Shown in pieces: positions 1 through 14,516 of a stretch of 64,000 nucleotides of DNA. Both the position numbers and the translations under genes were made by a program. Below the pieces are notes generated by a model. That model saw only the letters and a program-made list of their open reading frames with translations. It had not been told where the DNA came from and ran no database searches. Every line of letters starts with the position of its first letter. The stretch's first letter is position 1. The DNA comes from Cycas panzhihuaensis (lineage: Eukaryota; Plantae; Cycadophyta), in NCBI GenBank assembly GCA_023213395.1, contig CM041465.1, positions 218,123,741 to 218,187,740 on the forward strand. The letters are read 5' to 3'.

Positions 1-1087
1 GCTCCTTAGTAGTAAAAACTCTTTGAATAGATGATGCAAGGTTATAAATGATTCCAACATGTCTTACAAAATTAACTACTCAATCAAATTTACATTAAAA
101 AGTCTACTTGATTATGTTAAAGAGTTATGAAATAAAAAACACTTAACTATAGTAGGAAAGGTTAATCTTATACTTGTTATAACATGGCCTAAAAAACTTT
201 GATAATCTTGACTATCATAAAAAGGCCTAGGGGTTACTTGAACTTCTCTTCTTGTGGAAATATAAAATGCTATGGAGTAATATAGTGTGCCTCAAGAAGA
301 TTGTAATAAAGGGTTACCAAATAAGTGTAGGATGTTTAGGAAATAATTAGGGAGAAAATGGATGGTAGTTTCTTGGCCCTATATCTAAGGAAGTTATTTA
401 TAGATAATTAATTAAATTTAGATATGTAATAGTTAGAATAACGGTTGGCTCAAGTGTAATACATAAAGTAGTTTCCTACACTAATCCCAAAATCCATTAA
501 AAAATACACTTGATTTAGACCCAATATACTCACTGATGGATGGGGATGAGACCATCACACGACTTTCCTTGGGTACTAAGATGATATTATTGCTTTTAAT
601 TTAATAATATCCTTATTTTATTTTTAATTAGTTAGATAGGATTTGATCAAACAAGGGCTACGATGAAGTATAAGCAAGACACAAAGTCTTTAAATAATGC
701 ACCCAATCTAGATATGAAATACATAATGGTAGGTAGGGATGAGACTAGCATGTAATCTACCTTAGATGCCAAGATGGTGCTTTGAGTAATAGTGAGGTTT
801 AGAGTTTAGTAATTATTTTATGAATGGTCTTCTAAAATAGGTATGGAACATTTTTGTTCTAATTGACATTGGGATGATTGATGCTCACATAGTCCTTTAA
901 ACATAATTTTATGAGTGTAAGAGTGAAAATTCAAGTGTGTATAGGAAGAGGGAAGTATATAAGGGGCCTAATGAATGTACAATTTAAAGTTTTCAATGAA
1001 GTCTTGGCTAGTAGGGAGGGTAAGAATAAGATTGTTTTAAGAGAAGAACCCACTATTAAAATTCTTCTACAAGTTCTAATGCTATAT

Positions 1088-1548
1088 TAAAATTTGATAA
1101 TGACTTATGTAATCGAGTAGGTAAGACTATATGAAGAATTCATAACAACATATAACTTGTGAATAATAAATGTAATCACACAATCAATTAATAATATAAT
1201 CAACATAATAAAGGATTAAGATAAGATAATGGTAAATGGTCAATCATGCAATCATATATGTAGCACTTAATTGCCTCCAAATGTATAGGAGATCTCATAT
1301 TAATGAATAATAATAAAGCAGTCTTCATAATGAGTCATCTTAGTCTTACAAGAAGAACTAGGTGATCTAATTCATCTTAAAATATATGTTTTACTTATAT
1401 AGTTATATCACCTCATCATTAATAAATTATATTACATTGATACAACAACTAATAAGATCATGTGTAAGAACTTTTTTACATTGACCAATTATAATTTATC
1501 CACTAATTAAACATTATATTGACTTTTGTGAAATTTAATATTCTAACA
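1088..1548. mobile_element. Candidate solo LTR
   Basis: TA(deaminated TG)...TTCTAACA flanked by TATAT at 1083-1087 and 1549-1553. The TSD is low-complexity and there is no second copy in the window. Confidence 0.35.
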
Positions 1549-1973
1549 TATATAAGGAGTTAGAAGGGAGTCCATTTTATATTATAAGGAAGTAATAGAG
1601 AAAGTCAATGATTTTAAGATCTAGACTCAAAATGGAACTGTTGACTATAAGGACTAGGAGTTTTGATGAAAGTCTTAGTTAGGTTCTTCTAGAATGAGAT
1701 CTCAATTTATAAGTGAAATATACGTATTAATAGTAAAACCTACTAATATATTTAAATTGGATAACCTTAGAAATTGCACAAACACTTGTAAAAGACATGA
1801 AGGTAGCTTAAGGGATCTCAAACTAGTGGTAAATTCAAGATAAGATGCCTTTTTTCTTTCAAAATAAAAGGGATATATAATCAAAGTTTAATTTATACTT
1901 GTAGAGGAGTTTAGTTAGTTTATGCTCATTATGGAGATATGTCCTAGGTATCTTGCTAGAAAGAAGGGGATCA

Positions 1974-2081
1974 TAGTTTATACTCATTATGGAGTGTAAA
2001 TAGTTTATACTCATCACAAAATTTAGCTAGTTTATACTCATTATGGAGTTTGGATAGTTTAGACTCATCATGGAGTATAGC
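1974..2081. repeat. 27-bp tandem repeat (4 units, core TAGTTTATACTCATTATGGAG) with dispersed copies at ~1916, ~2623 and ~2738
   Basis: Units start at 1974, 2001, 2028 and 2055. Block ~1911-1980 is re-copied at ~2618-2690. Confidence 0.85.
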
Positions 2082-3344
2082 TTTAAGAGGAAATACATAG
2101 TGGTATGCAATAAAGGAATCTCATCTAAGATTAAAGTAAAAAACTACTAGGAAGGATTAGAATTATCCATATAATTTTAGGATTAGCTAATTTATCAAGT
2201 AACTAAGATCATCACATAAAATAACCAACATCAATCTTATACAAATAGTTCTTGAACCCCATCGATCACCTTAGTAGGAGCCAAATAGAATTCTAGGAGT
2301 ACATATAGAAAGAATTATAAAAATACTTACCAATGTTAGGTAAGTCCAACTATTAAACATTCATATAACACTCTCTAAAGGGTTTTACTTACTATTGAAT
2401 GAGTGGTGATAACCTATTCAATGAGAAAAAGGTCTCTATAGTGTGAAGGATTCCCCTTAGTAGACTACTAATTGAAAAAATATTTTAGGATTTTATAACA
2501 TTGCTAAGATCCTCTAAGGCCTTAGATTCTTACTAGGGTCTATATTTTCAAGCATTTTCCTTTCCTTATACTATATCATTATCTATTCACTCTTACTCTT
2601 AGACTTCTTTTGAAGACTTAGTTAGTTTATACTCATTATAGAGATATGCCTTTAAGCAATTTGCTAAGAAAGTAGGGAAATCATAGTTTACCTTCATTGT
2701 ACAGTAAGGTCTTATTTAAACTTATAGAAAGTTTAGTTAGTTTATACTCATTATAGAGTATATTTCTAGGTTTATATTCATAGAGGAATGTGCCATAATT
2801 TAACTTCTCAATCTCTAGTTTGATAGTAGCTAAGAGTCAAGGGTAAAGAGGCTTTTATTTTTGATGCTTAAGCCTTACTCTTAGGATAGTTATGATGGTA
2901 TGGACTACAACATTGGGATGAATTCCTTTCATGATGTTATAGTCCCATATAAAAATTGAAGATAACTCCCTAAAGAGTTCCTTTAGTTTTTTTCCTTTAG
3001 GAAACATTTAACCCTATCCTTGATGATCCTAGATTTATCATTAATCTCCATGCCAATGCCTATGGTTTTCCTAAAATCATTATGTTGACTTCCTCAAAAT
3101 GAGGTAGAGAAAGATTGATAGATGGGGGTTTCTTGAGGATAAATTGGTATTTAATCACTAAAGGAGATTCTATTAAATATGCCTAGTAAAACCAAGTTAA
3201 TGGTGGTTTATTTAAAGGTTGGGGGGTTATCCTAAAAAGCTCTCTTAAATATCCTTGTCATTATCAAAATCATCTAAAATAAGAATGTCCTTCATAATCA
3301 TATTGATCTCATGGTAAGGTAGCCCTAAAGCATGCTTCTTAAGG

Positions 3345-3772
3345 TGAAAAATTTGTAATAAGGCTATATTGATGTATTTATATATTATGTATCTTTGTAA
3401 CAATATCATGTACCAAAGGTAACATTGGGTATAACCCCTTATTTGTAATTCAATTATAATTTAGAAATAGGTTGGATCCACCCGCTTGCTATATAACAAG
3501 CCAATAATATTGGCTCATTATGTCAACTAATCACATTATTATATTTGGGTTTTGAATGCTTATAAATTAAGCATGATCCCCTTTGTTTGTATAATGAATT
3601 TTGGTGTATGTAGAAGCTTTACCAAAATATATTTATATAGTGTAATCAATTTACTTGTTGCATATATTTGTAATAAATTTGTATAAATCTATTGCATTTA
3701 TATTGTTTCCTGCTTTTATTTTTATATAATTACATGCACATATATTTTATAATCCTACTCTCTAGTTTAGCA
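3345..3772 (+). repeat. Copia-1 5' LTR (start approximate)
   Basis: Aligns with 10105-10530, ends TCTAGTTTAGCA and is followed by the PBS. Confidence 0.85.
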
Positions 3773-5768
3773 TTGTATCAAAGCATGTGCATGTGCATCT
3801 AAACAGTCTTTTATAAGTTCTATTGAGAAATGGGAGCTTGATCATTAGAAATGACACCTTTCTTACCTCTATTTCTATATATTTTGCTTTGCTTCTATAA
3901 GTTTCAGTATATATGATACTTTGTAGGGTGTGTTATGTGATGAAGTTATCCTCGAATGCTGCCTCGCTGACCATAAGTAGGTCTTAGTCCCTAGTGTAGC
4001 CATTTTCATCAAAATGACACTTCATTTCTATTGTTTCACATCATTTAGTCATTATTTTAGGTTTTCTAATAATTATGCAAATTAAATCTCACTCCTCAGA
4101 GATTGCCTAACTTCTTGTCTACTTGTGAATCTTAGTCCTAGTCCTTTGGGGTCCTCTCATGCTTGTTTGGAGCTGTTGTAAGTGGATCTAAGGTATTAAA
4201 ATTTAATTTTGGGCCTGCACACCTCAATATACTTCAATGCTCATTTCCGTCATGGTATAGCTTTGTACGGTCTACATGAAGTTTGGATCTCATATATTTC
4301 ACCCCTGCATTTGTCTCTAATCCATCCAAGAGGAACTCAAAACTATTTCAATCGATTTTAAATTGATTTAATTACTCAAATCTACCTTTATTCTTTGCCA
4401 TTTTTGCATGACCTTCATCGTGATTTATTTTGTAATGAAAATTTTTATTTTTTACAATGTACTAAAGAAATTTAATTAGATTTGAATTATATTCAAATCC
4501 ATGAAGGTGGTTAGTCACTCACTAGTGGTCATATGTTCACCCCTTATGACTAGGGGCTTTAGTTAAGAAGGGGGTAGAGGCCAAATTTATTAAGGCAAAT
4601 TTTATCTTTTTTTATTAATAAAAAAAAAATTATTTTAGATTTGAATGTGAGTTTAGATCCATTAGCCTCTTAGTAGCCTAGCAAGTGGTAATATGTAGAC
4701 TTTATGAAATTGGAGGCCAATCTTTGAAGGGGGCTTAAGCCACCCCATTTTAGTTTTTTATTCATAAGGAGTATCCTGCACTATTTCTGCCATAACTTTT
4801 CAACGTGAGGTTCATTTTATGCACCATTTGAATTGTTGGGCTCTTGATTTAGAGACCTATAGTTTGAACTAGTTTTAGTCAATTTTTAATAGTTCTTCAA
4901 TGGTTTTTAAGTAGCTAAAGTAGACCCTTCTATTTGGGTTGTAATAAGTCTTTTTTTCCATAAATATAAGGCTTAGTTTTCATTTTGCAAAGGATCTATC
5001 TGCTAAATATTAACTATTTATATCTTATTTGTTGTCCTATCTAGGTTTTTGGCTAATATTTTCTTATACATTATGGTTGTAGGTGTCTTTCTTGTGTGAA
5101 GGAGGCTTATCTTCTCTTGGTAGCAAAGTCCTTTAAAAAACACCCTAAACCCTTCCATTTCATTTAATTTATTATTTTTTATTTATTTATCTTTTTTTAC
5201 TTTTATTTCATAAAAGGAACCCTCTTTTTTAAATAAGAACACATTTTAAAATTTACTTCAACTTGAAATATTAAAAGGATAACTCTTAATCTATATATCA
5301 ACTTTACTAGTGTTATAAGGAGAATGATTAAGACTCTTGAAGTCACCACACTATATACATTAGTGGTCATTCTCAAATTCCATAGATATTAGAGAAGCCC
5401 ACTAGCTATAAGATGTGTTAAGTTATAGGATGATGCATAAAACATTACCTTGGAGTTTGGAGACTAAGTTAGACTTGGAGGAGATAAGTGCCTTAGTTTG
5501 TAGTTCTTGGCCAAATCTATCACTAGGCATAAGACTGACGCAAGTGCATAAACAAGTCAGTGGGGGCATTTAACCTTCTTAGTAACCCATATACTGAGGT
5601 ATATAGAGCTTAAAACTCATGTACCAATATATAGGGTCCCTCCTTTTCTACTTGTGGGTAGACCCTACTAGAAAAAATAATAATTAAGGGCTTATTGGAG
5701 ATCCTTAGACTTAGCATTCTAGTTTAGTAGCCCCTTAGGTAAATAGGACACTAAAAGACACACTCATA

Positions 5769-8700
5769 ATGGTAGCTCAAATGCTTGTGTCCAACATAAT
5801 TACACTTAGTGAAATAAATAACCTTTTATCTTGAAATAAATAAGCTAAAAATTTCCTAATTATGAATAACTATTAGGCCTATATCAATGGGGATATAGTT
5901 CCACTTAAACCCATATAAGACCCAAATAACTCTAGCTAAAAAAATGCCACCATATGTCGTTGACTCAGTAGCTTTTAAAGCTAAGAACAACATAGCCCTT
6001 TCATTTATCGACTTGGTTGTAGAAGACCAAGTAGATTAAAATATAGAAATTTCTAAAACCTTTCACAAGGCATGGAGCATTATATGCTCCCTTTATAAGA
6101 GAAAAGATTACTCAAGGTCTCTTACTTTAAAAGCTTGCCTCTTTGGTATATCCTTTATTGGCACCATAATGGCCCACCTTATTAAAATTAAAATAATTAG
6201 AAACCAACTTATTATCCTTGGTTAACCTTCCTCTATTCATGACCTAGTGTCTAGTATCCTCAATATCCTTCCTATTAAATATAAGAGTTTTATATCTTGA
6301 CTTTATGATACCTTTTATAAAATAGACTTCAATACCTTTGAAGGGCTCTTACTTAAGGAGGAGAATATACACAATCACCAAGGAATGACATCCACTTCTG
6401 ACACTACCCTTATAATTATAGTCAGGAATCTAAAAAGGAATCAACCACTTTAACATTCGTATCAATAAACAACTTATCAACAACCCCCTGCTTAATAGTT
6501 TAACTCTTTGAACATCTCTTAATAGCCATAATAATCTCAACCTTTAGGGAACTAACAATGTAGATAATTTTTCACTTGCATATACTATGGCAAAAATGAG
6601 CATCTTATAGTTGAGTATAGAAGAAGATAGGTTAACATATGAGTTCTTTAGAACAATAGTGGATAATAAGGAGGCCAGAACTTCCAATAGAATAGGAATT
6701 AGAGGTAAAACTAGAACCAACACTAAGCAAATAGGTAAAGGTACTACCTAAGAAACCTAAGGAACAATCAAAATTCACAATAAGAAGGCCATGTCATTGA
6801 TACTTAAGACACCACCCAAAACTTATTCTTTACAACCTTATCATCCCAATATGGTGATAATTCTTGGTTGATTGATTCTGATGTCTCTTGTCATATGTTT
6901 GATATTAAAGATCTACTTGAGAAGACCCAACCAATAAGGGCCTAAACTATTATATTTTGAGATAATATCATATATGATGTGACCAAGATTAGAAGGGCCC
7001 CCATTACTCTAAAGGATTCAAACATTTGCCATTATATTAATAATATCTTCCTTGTACCTAACATGAAAATGAACCTACTATTAGTTAGTTAGATTGACAA
7101 ATAGAACATGGATGTACTCTTTAGCCAAGGCATCTACATAATTACAGATCATACCACAGGTCAACTGGTTGCCATTGGACATAAGGATAGTAGACTATAT
7201 AAACTTGATGGAGTTCCTCTCACTACTATTCTACTATAAGAGTCATGTTCCACAATATAAAATAATCACCTTGATAAGGGGAAAACAATCATAGTTGAAG
7301 ACCCATCCCTCAAAGTAAATGTTCATATTCTGAAGAGAAATCCACCTCCAACAAAACCAAGGACCAACTATGGTACCAATGCCTAGGTCACCTAAATATA
7401 TAGAGCTTAAATTTCATGTATAGGTTATATATAATATGTAGATCACTAAGGATTAAGAGAAATAACTGTATTTATGAGGCTTTCTTAGAAGGCAAGTAGC
7501 ATAGAGAATGATTCCTATAAAAGAAAACATGGTGAGCCTTAGAACCATTAAGATTGGTTTGCTCAGATATTTGTGGGTCCATATTAGTTGTATCACTCAA
7601 TGGGAACCTATTTTTTGTGACCTTTATTAATGACTATTTTAGGAAAGCATGGGTCTACTTCCTTAGGAATAAATTTCAAGCCTTTGATAAGTTTAAAGAA
7701 TTCAAGGCTAAGGTAGAAAATAAAAGTAGTATGAATATCAAGGTGCTTAGATCTGATATTAGAGGAGAGTATACACTTAACTAATTCACCAAATTTTATA
7801 AATAATGTGGAATCAAATGCCAATTCTTAGTCCTACGTACACCTTAATAAAATAGTATAGTAGAAAGAATGAACTAAACATTGGTGAATAAGGCAAAAAC
7901 CATGTTGAGTGCTACTAATCTTGCTACTTAGTTTTTCTCCAAAGCCATATCAATTACTACTTATCTCACCAATATAAGTGTCATAGTAGTAGTTAGAGAC
8001 ATTAGTCTTAAGGAGGCTTGATTAGGTATAAAGCCTACCATCTCTCACCTCAGGACATTTACTTGCATAGCCTACAAATTCATTCTCAAGGAGAATATGA
8101 ATAAACTAGATGATAAAAGCCTAAAGTGCATCTTCTTTATCTATGTACCTACATGTAAAGCCTATAAAGTATATGACACTACTGGAAACTAGGTATATAT
8201 CATTTGAGATGTCATATTTGCTAAAGATACTTAGGGCTTGGATCTTTCACAACTCTAACTTATAGTAAATGAAGATGTCAATGTACCTAAAGTGCCTCTT
8301 ATGCCACTTTTTGAGCTACCAACCCCTATATCATCTTATACACTAAGCCCATCTTTGGTTTCAACAACCTCAACATTCACTTTAGATGCTACTATAATAA
8401 TTCCACTTATATCTCTTGATGATCTTTAGGTAGAGGCACCTTTTAAGTAGCTACAACAATTGATAAAAGATACACCTCCTCCCTCTACAACTCCTAAAGA
8501 GAGTGTAGAATGAGACACTCCACCAACTATGTATTAGGACATATGTCCTTAAGACTTCTAATCCTTCCAGATTTGAGGAGGTAGTCAAAGATCAAATGTG
8601 GAAAGTAATAATGGATGAAGAAATAAACTCTATCCTTAAGAATGATACATGGAAGCTAATAGAACTACCACTTAGAAAGAAGCCAATTGATTTTTGTTAG

Positions 8701-10095
8701 CTTTATAAGACAAAATTTTATGCTAATAGCACCATTGAGTATCACAAAGCTCAATTAGTTTCAAAGGGCTTCAAATAGAAAGAGTTGATTGACTATGATG
8801 AGAACTTTATACTAATTACCAACATGATCACATTCCATTTGGTTATATCACTTGTGTCTTAATTTAATTGGCCTATATACCAAATGGATGTGAAGAGTGC
8901 TTTCTTAAATGGAGAGCTTACTAAAGAGGTTCTCTTGAAGTTGTCTCATAATTATGCTATTCCTAGTAAAGAACACTTAGTTTATAAGCTCAAGAAAGCC
9001 TTATATGGATTGAAATAAGTACTACATGCCTGGTATACTAAGATTGATACCTTTTTCATATATTATGGATTCACTCATTCATCCTTTGATTTAAATTCAT
9101 ACACTAGGATTAGAAAAAACTTGATCACTATCATAGTGCTCTATGTGGATGAGTTGATTATAACTGGAAATGATGATGAGGAAATAATGTGGCTCTAATT
9201 AGAAATTAAAAGCAACTTTGAGATGATAAATTTTAGGTTGATATGCTATTTCCTTAGTATTGAGGTGTGGTAGGAACTTAGTCACATATTCTTATCACAA
9301 TCCAAGTACTCAAATGAACTTCTATAGTAATTCAAAATAGGTGATTGTAAACCTTCACCAATACCAATATAAATAGAGATCAAGTTAAATCTAGATGAAT
9401 AAGAGAAACCCTTTGATCTCACCTTGTACTAATAGTTGGTTGGAAACTTGATCTACCTCACTCAGACTCAACTAGATATTTCTTATATAGTTGGGATCTA
9501 TTTTAGGTATATGTCCTAGCCCAAAGTATCTCATTAGAAGGTTGATACTAGAATACTCAAATATATCTATGGCACACCTCAGTTTAGCCTTGATTACAAC
9601 CAAACTAACAATCTTATTCTAAAAGGATTTACAAATGTTGATTAGGCTAGTTGCTAAGACTCATGCCACTTAACCTCTAGTTACTGCTTTGACATGAACT
9701 CACTTGTCATTTCTTGGACTTACAAGAAATAATCAAGTGTTACCCTCTCCTCCATAAAAGTAGAATAGAAAGTAGTTGTTCATGCCATCATAACATTGGT
9801 TTGACTATGAAAAATTCTTGCTAAACTTGGATTTCAACAAACTCATGCTACCACTCTCTTTTGTAATAATCAAAGTGTGTTGAAGATGACTAAGAATTCT
9901 GTCTTCCATGCTTAATCTAAACACATAGAGGTCCATCATCACTTCATTTATGAACATGTATAAAACAAAGAAGTTAATGTAGCACACTGACCGACTGAAG
10001 ACCAAGTGGAAAATATCTTTACCAAAGCACTTGGGAGACCAAAGTTTGAATGGTTTTGATATGACCTTAGTGTCATGATAAATAGAGCTTGTATT
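5769..10095 (+). pseudogene. Copia-1 gag-pol pseudogene (many stops and frameshifts)
   Basis: WLIDSDVSCHM (protease, ~6870); LVCSDICG...KVLRSDIRGEY (integrase, ORF 7554-7784); YQMDVKSAFLNG (RT, ~8880); LYVDELII; IFTKAL (RNase H end, ~10015). Confidence 0.92.
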
Positions 10096-10104
10096 AGAGG
10101 AGGG

Positions 10105-10530
10105 TGTTAAAACATAATGACAACCTAATATGTATTTGTACATTATACACCTTTGTAATAATATCATATACCAAATGTAACATTGGGCATTACCTCGTAT
10201 TTGTAATTTAATTGTAATTTAGAAATAGGTTGGGTCCACCCACTTACCATATAACGGGCTAATAATATTGGTTCATTATGTTGGCCGATAACATTATTAT
10301 ATTTGGGTTTTGAATTCTTATAAATTAAGCATGATCTTCCCTCATTTATACAATGAATTCTGGTGCATACGGAAGCTCTACCAAAATATATTTGCACAAT
10401 GTAATTAATTTACTTGTTGCACTATTTATAAGAAATTTATATAAATCTATTGTATTTATATTGTTTCTTACTTTTATTTTGATATAATTGCATGCACATA
10501 TATTTTATGATCTTGCTCTCTAATTTAGTA
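10105..10530 (+). repeat. Copia-1 3' LTR
   Basis: Starts TGTTAAAA after the PPT and ends TCTAATTTAGTA (CA>TA). Confidence 0.9.
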
Positions 10531-11479
10531 GGATTAATAAGAGGATCTAAAGCCTATTAAGGGCAATTATCTCAAATACTCTTATAAGGAATCATACCCT
10601 AATTTAACTAGTTTAGGTTATTAAATTAGGACTTTGGAGTTGGTTCTAAGTTATGATTAGCAAAGAGGTCAATGAGAAGTTTGAAAGTCTCCTAGGGCTA
10701 GGTATCCTCATTGTTGTCAGTAGGATTAATATCTAGAAAAATATGGTAGGAAAAGGACTTCAAATATGATTAAGGGATGATCTCATAATGATGTATAATG
10801 GAGGTATTAGTGAGTCTACCAACAAGTGGGAACATCCCCATTATAAACCTTGTATTGTATTATGATGAGAAAGGTTTAAGTGTGTGAATCAATTAGGTAA
10901 CTAACCCTATCTACTACAAATTAGTATCACATTCTTGGGAAGGATTATACTTGTACTTATAAATATGAAATGGATCTATGCATTTAAGTTAGTTTTTACT
11001 ACCTTAGAATGACCTAGTGGGTTTAAGCTTAAGGGTGACATTAGGACTCCATAAATTAGCACCAATATCTATTATAAGGAAGATGTAGATGCTTCATTAT
11101 TAAGAGAGAAATTAAATCTAGTATATCTAAGGAAAAGATCATGGGAATTAAATCCAACTTTAAAAGGACCAATATCCCAAGTGTGCTGCTCAAGAAAGGA
11201 TCCTAAATGCTAGCTTGTATTGTAATTATGGTGTCTTATATGGTTTTTGGATGCAAGAATAACTATTATGATTATATTCACTTCTTGTTAATTTCCTTCC
11301 TCCTCTAATTTTATAGGTTTAGTGGTAAATTACTACCCATTCCTAGTGAAATAAAAGGTGAGGTGAAGTCACCCTCATTAGATATAATATCTACTAAGTG
11401 TATGGGTTACTTTTAGGGTTTATATTTATAATTCACTATTTTGAGCTCTTTATCATGGATGAACTAGATCTCATCAAAT

Positions 11480-11800
11480 AAGGAGGAGCAAATTATTAAC
11501 ATCGAGCTTAGCTAAGGTCTTCCTAATAGCATATTGTACTCTAAACCAAGGTCTATGATGGTCATTTTGGTCAAGATTATTTTGACTTTGAGAGTAAGAG
11601 GGATAAAAACTTTGCCAACATGTTTTTTTTAAGTTTTTCATACCCCTAATAGACCTAATCAATGAGCTCATAGGTAGAAATGTCCAAGGCTTCCAAGAGC
11701 TTAATAAGAATGGCATTGATGTATGACCTTAAATGCATAATACACCTTGTAATACTATATTTTCCAATCTAGACATCAATGTAGAAAGTCTTTGTGGTAT
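11480..11800 (-). pseudogene. Gypsy aspartic protease remnant
   Basis: Frameshifted GVLC(D)LRSYINAI...EYNMLLGRP, matching the D-x-G-S-S-I-N and YNxLLGRPW motifs. Confidence 0.7.
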
Positions 11801-12799
11801 TATGGTCTTTCTTGTATTCATCCTCAAGTTTAGATAGACCAAAATAAATAAGGGATTATTTTTATGCCCTTGTGCTTCTAACAAAAGAACTTTTTATTTA
11901 AGGTATCTCTTTAGAAGGTAAAGAATAGAAATTCTAGTAAAGACTGAGTTAAGCTCCTCCATAATCAAAAAGGGTTTCCCCTTTATATCTTGTATGATAG
12001 GTCTCTTAAAATCAAATCAAATTGGCTATATAGGAGTCTCCATTGATGGTTTTAAGGGTTTAGAAGATGAGCCCTTCTTAAAGTATTTTTTTAAGATCTT
12101 AGAAGAAGCATGTGACTTTATGGATTTGACCATATTGATGGTCTTCTTTAACTTACTTCCTTAGGCAAAGGGTTTACATTTGACTAATCCTATTCATTTA
12201 GATTACATTTGGTGAGAGGAGGTATATTTCTTATGTTTATCTCAAAACTACTAGACTTGTTGTTTAGCTTGGCCTTACCCTTATCTCTTTATTTTTTGTC
12301 ATGATCAAGGAAAGGGTCTTTATAGATAAATTGGTCCTTATTTAGCTAAGACATTAGCTTATCAATAATCCTTTTCTTCTTACTTAATTATTTGATTTTT
12401 GGGCAATCTTCATGGTCATGGATATCGTTTCTACGACATGGACACCATGGTACCCTTTTATACCCCTAAGTTTCTACTTCTTACTCTCTTTTTTGCTTAG
12501 CATAATGGACAATCTTGGCATCCTTATGGGTTTATAATTATATAATGGATAAATATCTAGTTTAGTTGTGATGGATCTCTATAGAATTCTTATTACTGAG
12601 GTAATGTTGTTATAGGTCCTATCTCCATGAGTAGATTTTGGTTCCTAAGAAGACTTGTATTTGTATTTAGCTCTAGGAGGTTTGTCTAACTTCTTAACTC
12701 TAACTTGAATCTTAAAAGATTCTTAAGGATAATATTTTCTTAATGGTATCCTCATAAGATATAAGTACTAATTTGAGCACTTTGAGATGGACTTAAAGT

Positions 12800-13300
12800 G
12801 TTAGGGCATTAGTGAAAATGTTAAAGAGTAGATTATGAGTGGCAAGGGTCTAGAAGTTATGAACTAGGTCTTGAAAGTTCTAGATGAAGTCATAATTAGA
12901 CTTATCATTTGCATGCTTAATTGAGAAAATGGCTTTTGATCATATCTCCAAAGTATGAGCTACATCAAAGTAGTCAATAAAACTATTAATCAACTATTGA
13001 AAGGAGAAGACTAAGGCTTGGGGCAACCTATAGAACCACTTCAATGCATCATTCAATAGAGTCTTCAAAAAAAGCTTCATCATAATGTGGTCATATAAGA
13101 GGTAATCTGCATAGGCTAAAGTGAAAGCCTAAATGTGGCTTATGAGATCCTCTCTAAGTTTTCCTTTAAACTTCAAGAGTTTAGGCAAGAAAGTGGGTAG
13201 ACTACATTTGAGGACTTCTCATAGCAAGAGTTTCCTCTTATAGTTAGTGCATAACTTTATTATCGTGAGAGAAGGAGGCATATGATGAACAATTATTTAT
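12800..13300 (-). pseudogene. Gypsy gag (Retrotrans_gag) remnant
   Basis: LPKLLKFKGKLREDLISHI*AF...MMKLFLKTLLNDALKWFYRLPQALVFSFQ*LINSFIDYF. Confidence 0.8.
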
Positions 13301-14516
13301 GATTTAGGAGATTCTCCATGAGTAAGATACCATTGGAATGGAGGACATTACACTTATGGGATACCCATATTTATCTAGCCAATTTGGTATGCAAGGATTG
13401 CCCCTTAAAAAGGAGTGTTACTACGTCATTAGAAGGCTAACTTGATGCAAAATCTATGTTTCAATAGATAATTATAACTCAAGGTCTAATTAGCTATATG
13501 GGTTAAGATATAGGACTAGGTTAGGTTATGCCAAGATGGAAATGAATTACCTAAAGGCACTTATAGATTCCAATTAGGGATATTCATCATGCAACTAGTT
13601 GAGGTAGTTCTTACCTAATAAGATTACATGAGAATGTTGGTTGTGTGATCAATAAGAGGTAGTTATAGGATGGCCCTATAAAATACATAGTAGGGTTAAT
13701 AGGAAGGTCATTATATAGGGGAATGCCTCCATAAATGTCCCTACATCAATAAATAATATGCAATGATTAAGTATGTGTGTTAGCTAAATAATTAGCCCTA
13801 TCTACTATGAGTTGGGATTATATTCATGCAAAGGGTTAGCACTTATACATATGAAAAGGGATGGGATGTGGGTTCATCATTGAATCAAGATATAGCATCT
13901 TAGTATAACCTATTAGTTTTGAGTCTAAGGGGATGGTTAAAACTCTCAATATATGCCCAATTTACTCTTGCATAAGATCTTGAGTAATAATTTTAGTTGG
14001 TATGACATGGTGATGAACTAGCTCAAATAGAATAGAGTGTACATAGAAAGGCTATTAGGTTGATACTAATAGCCCTCAATTAATTGAGGATATAAATCTA
14101 AACTATTTTAGGATGGGTCTAAATAAATAAATCCACTTAGGAGTGGCTTTATTTAAATCACATCTAAAGGGTTCTAGTTTTCTTAAAGTGAGAAGCCAAG
14201 TGTAGTAGTTTACTGGATTAACAATCCAACTATAATACTAAACATATATGATATTATATCTTATGGGGAATGTAGAACCATACTTAGATTAGTTCTAATA
14301 CTTTTACAAAGCTTTCAATGGCTATAACCATAGAAAGAGATGAAATCTTATCAAGTAGAAGTCCTTAGGTTCTCTTAAATCATCTTATAGCTTAAACATT
14401 TTGGTAATCCATAGTCAAATGAATGGTTTTATATCTCACAAAGTAGATTGTCACTATGTGTAAAAGAGAAAAGAGGAAAAAATATAGTGTCAACAAAAGA
14501 GTATGTAGGTGTAGTA

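Larger units (their letters stand above)
3345..10530 (+). mobile_element. Copia-1: full-length decayed Ty1/copia LTR retrotransposon
   Basis: Paired ~430-bp LTRs (~3345-3772 and 10105-10530), degenerate tRNA-Met PBS TTGTATCAAAGC at 3773-3784, PPT AGAGGAGGG before 10105, copia domain order gag-PR-INT-RT-RH. Confidence 0.93.

Noticed and set aside
521-790. Two diverged ~60-bp GGGATGAGAC...AAGATG repeats ~200 bp apart
   Set aside because: Probably ordinary retroelement UTR repeats; no function can be supported.
1916-2081. CRISPR-like repeat array
   Set aside because: Units are contiguous 27-mers with only ~6 variable bases, there are no unique 30-40-bp spacers or cas genes, and the context is eukaryotic TE DNA.
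3335-3350. TSD for Copia-1
   Set aside because: The flanks (TAAGG and GGATT) do not match and the first ~25 bp of the LTRs do not align, so the 5' boundary is approximate.
7608-10397. Minus-strand ORFs 7608-7823, 9805-10167, 10164-10397, and similar shadow ORFs (31738, 32856, 40387, 45766, 47833, 54636, 54828)
   Set aside because: They are antisense shadows of retroelement coding or LTR sequence with no protein motifs.
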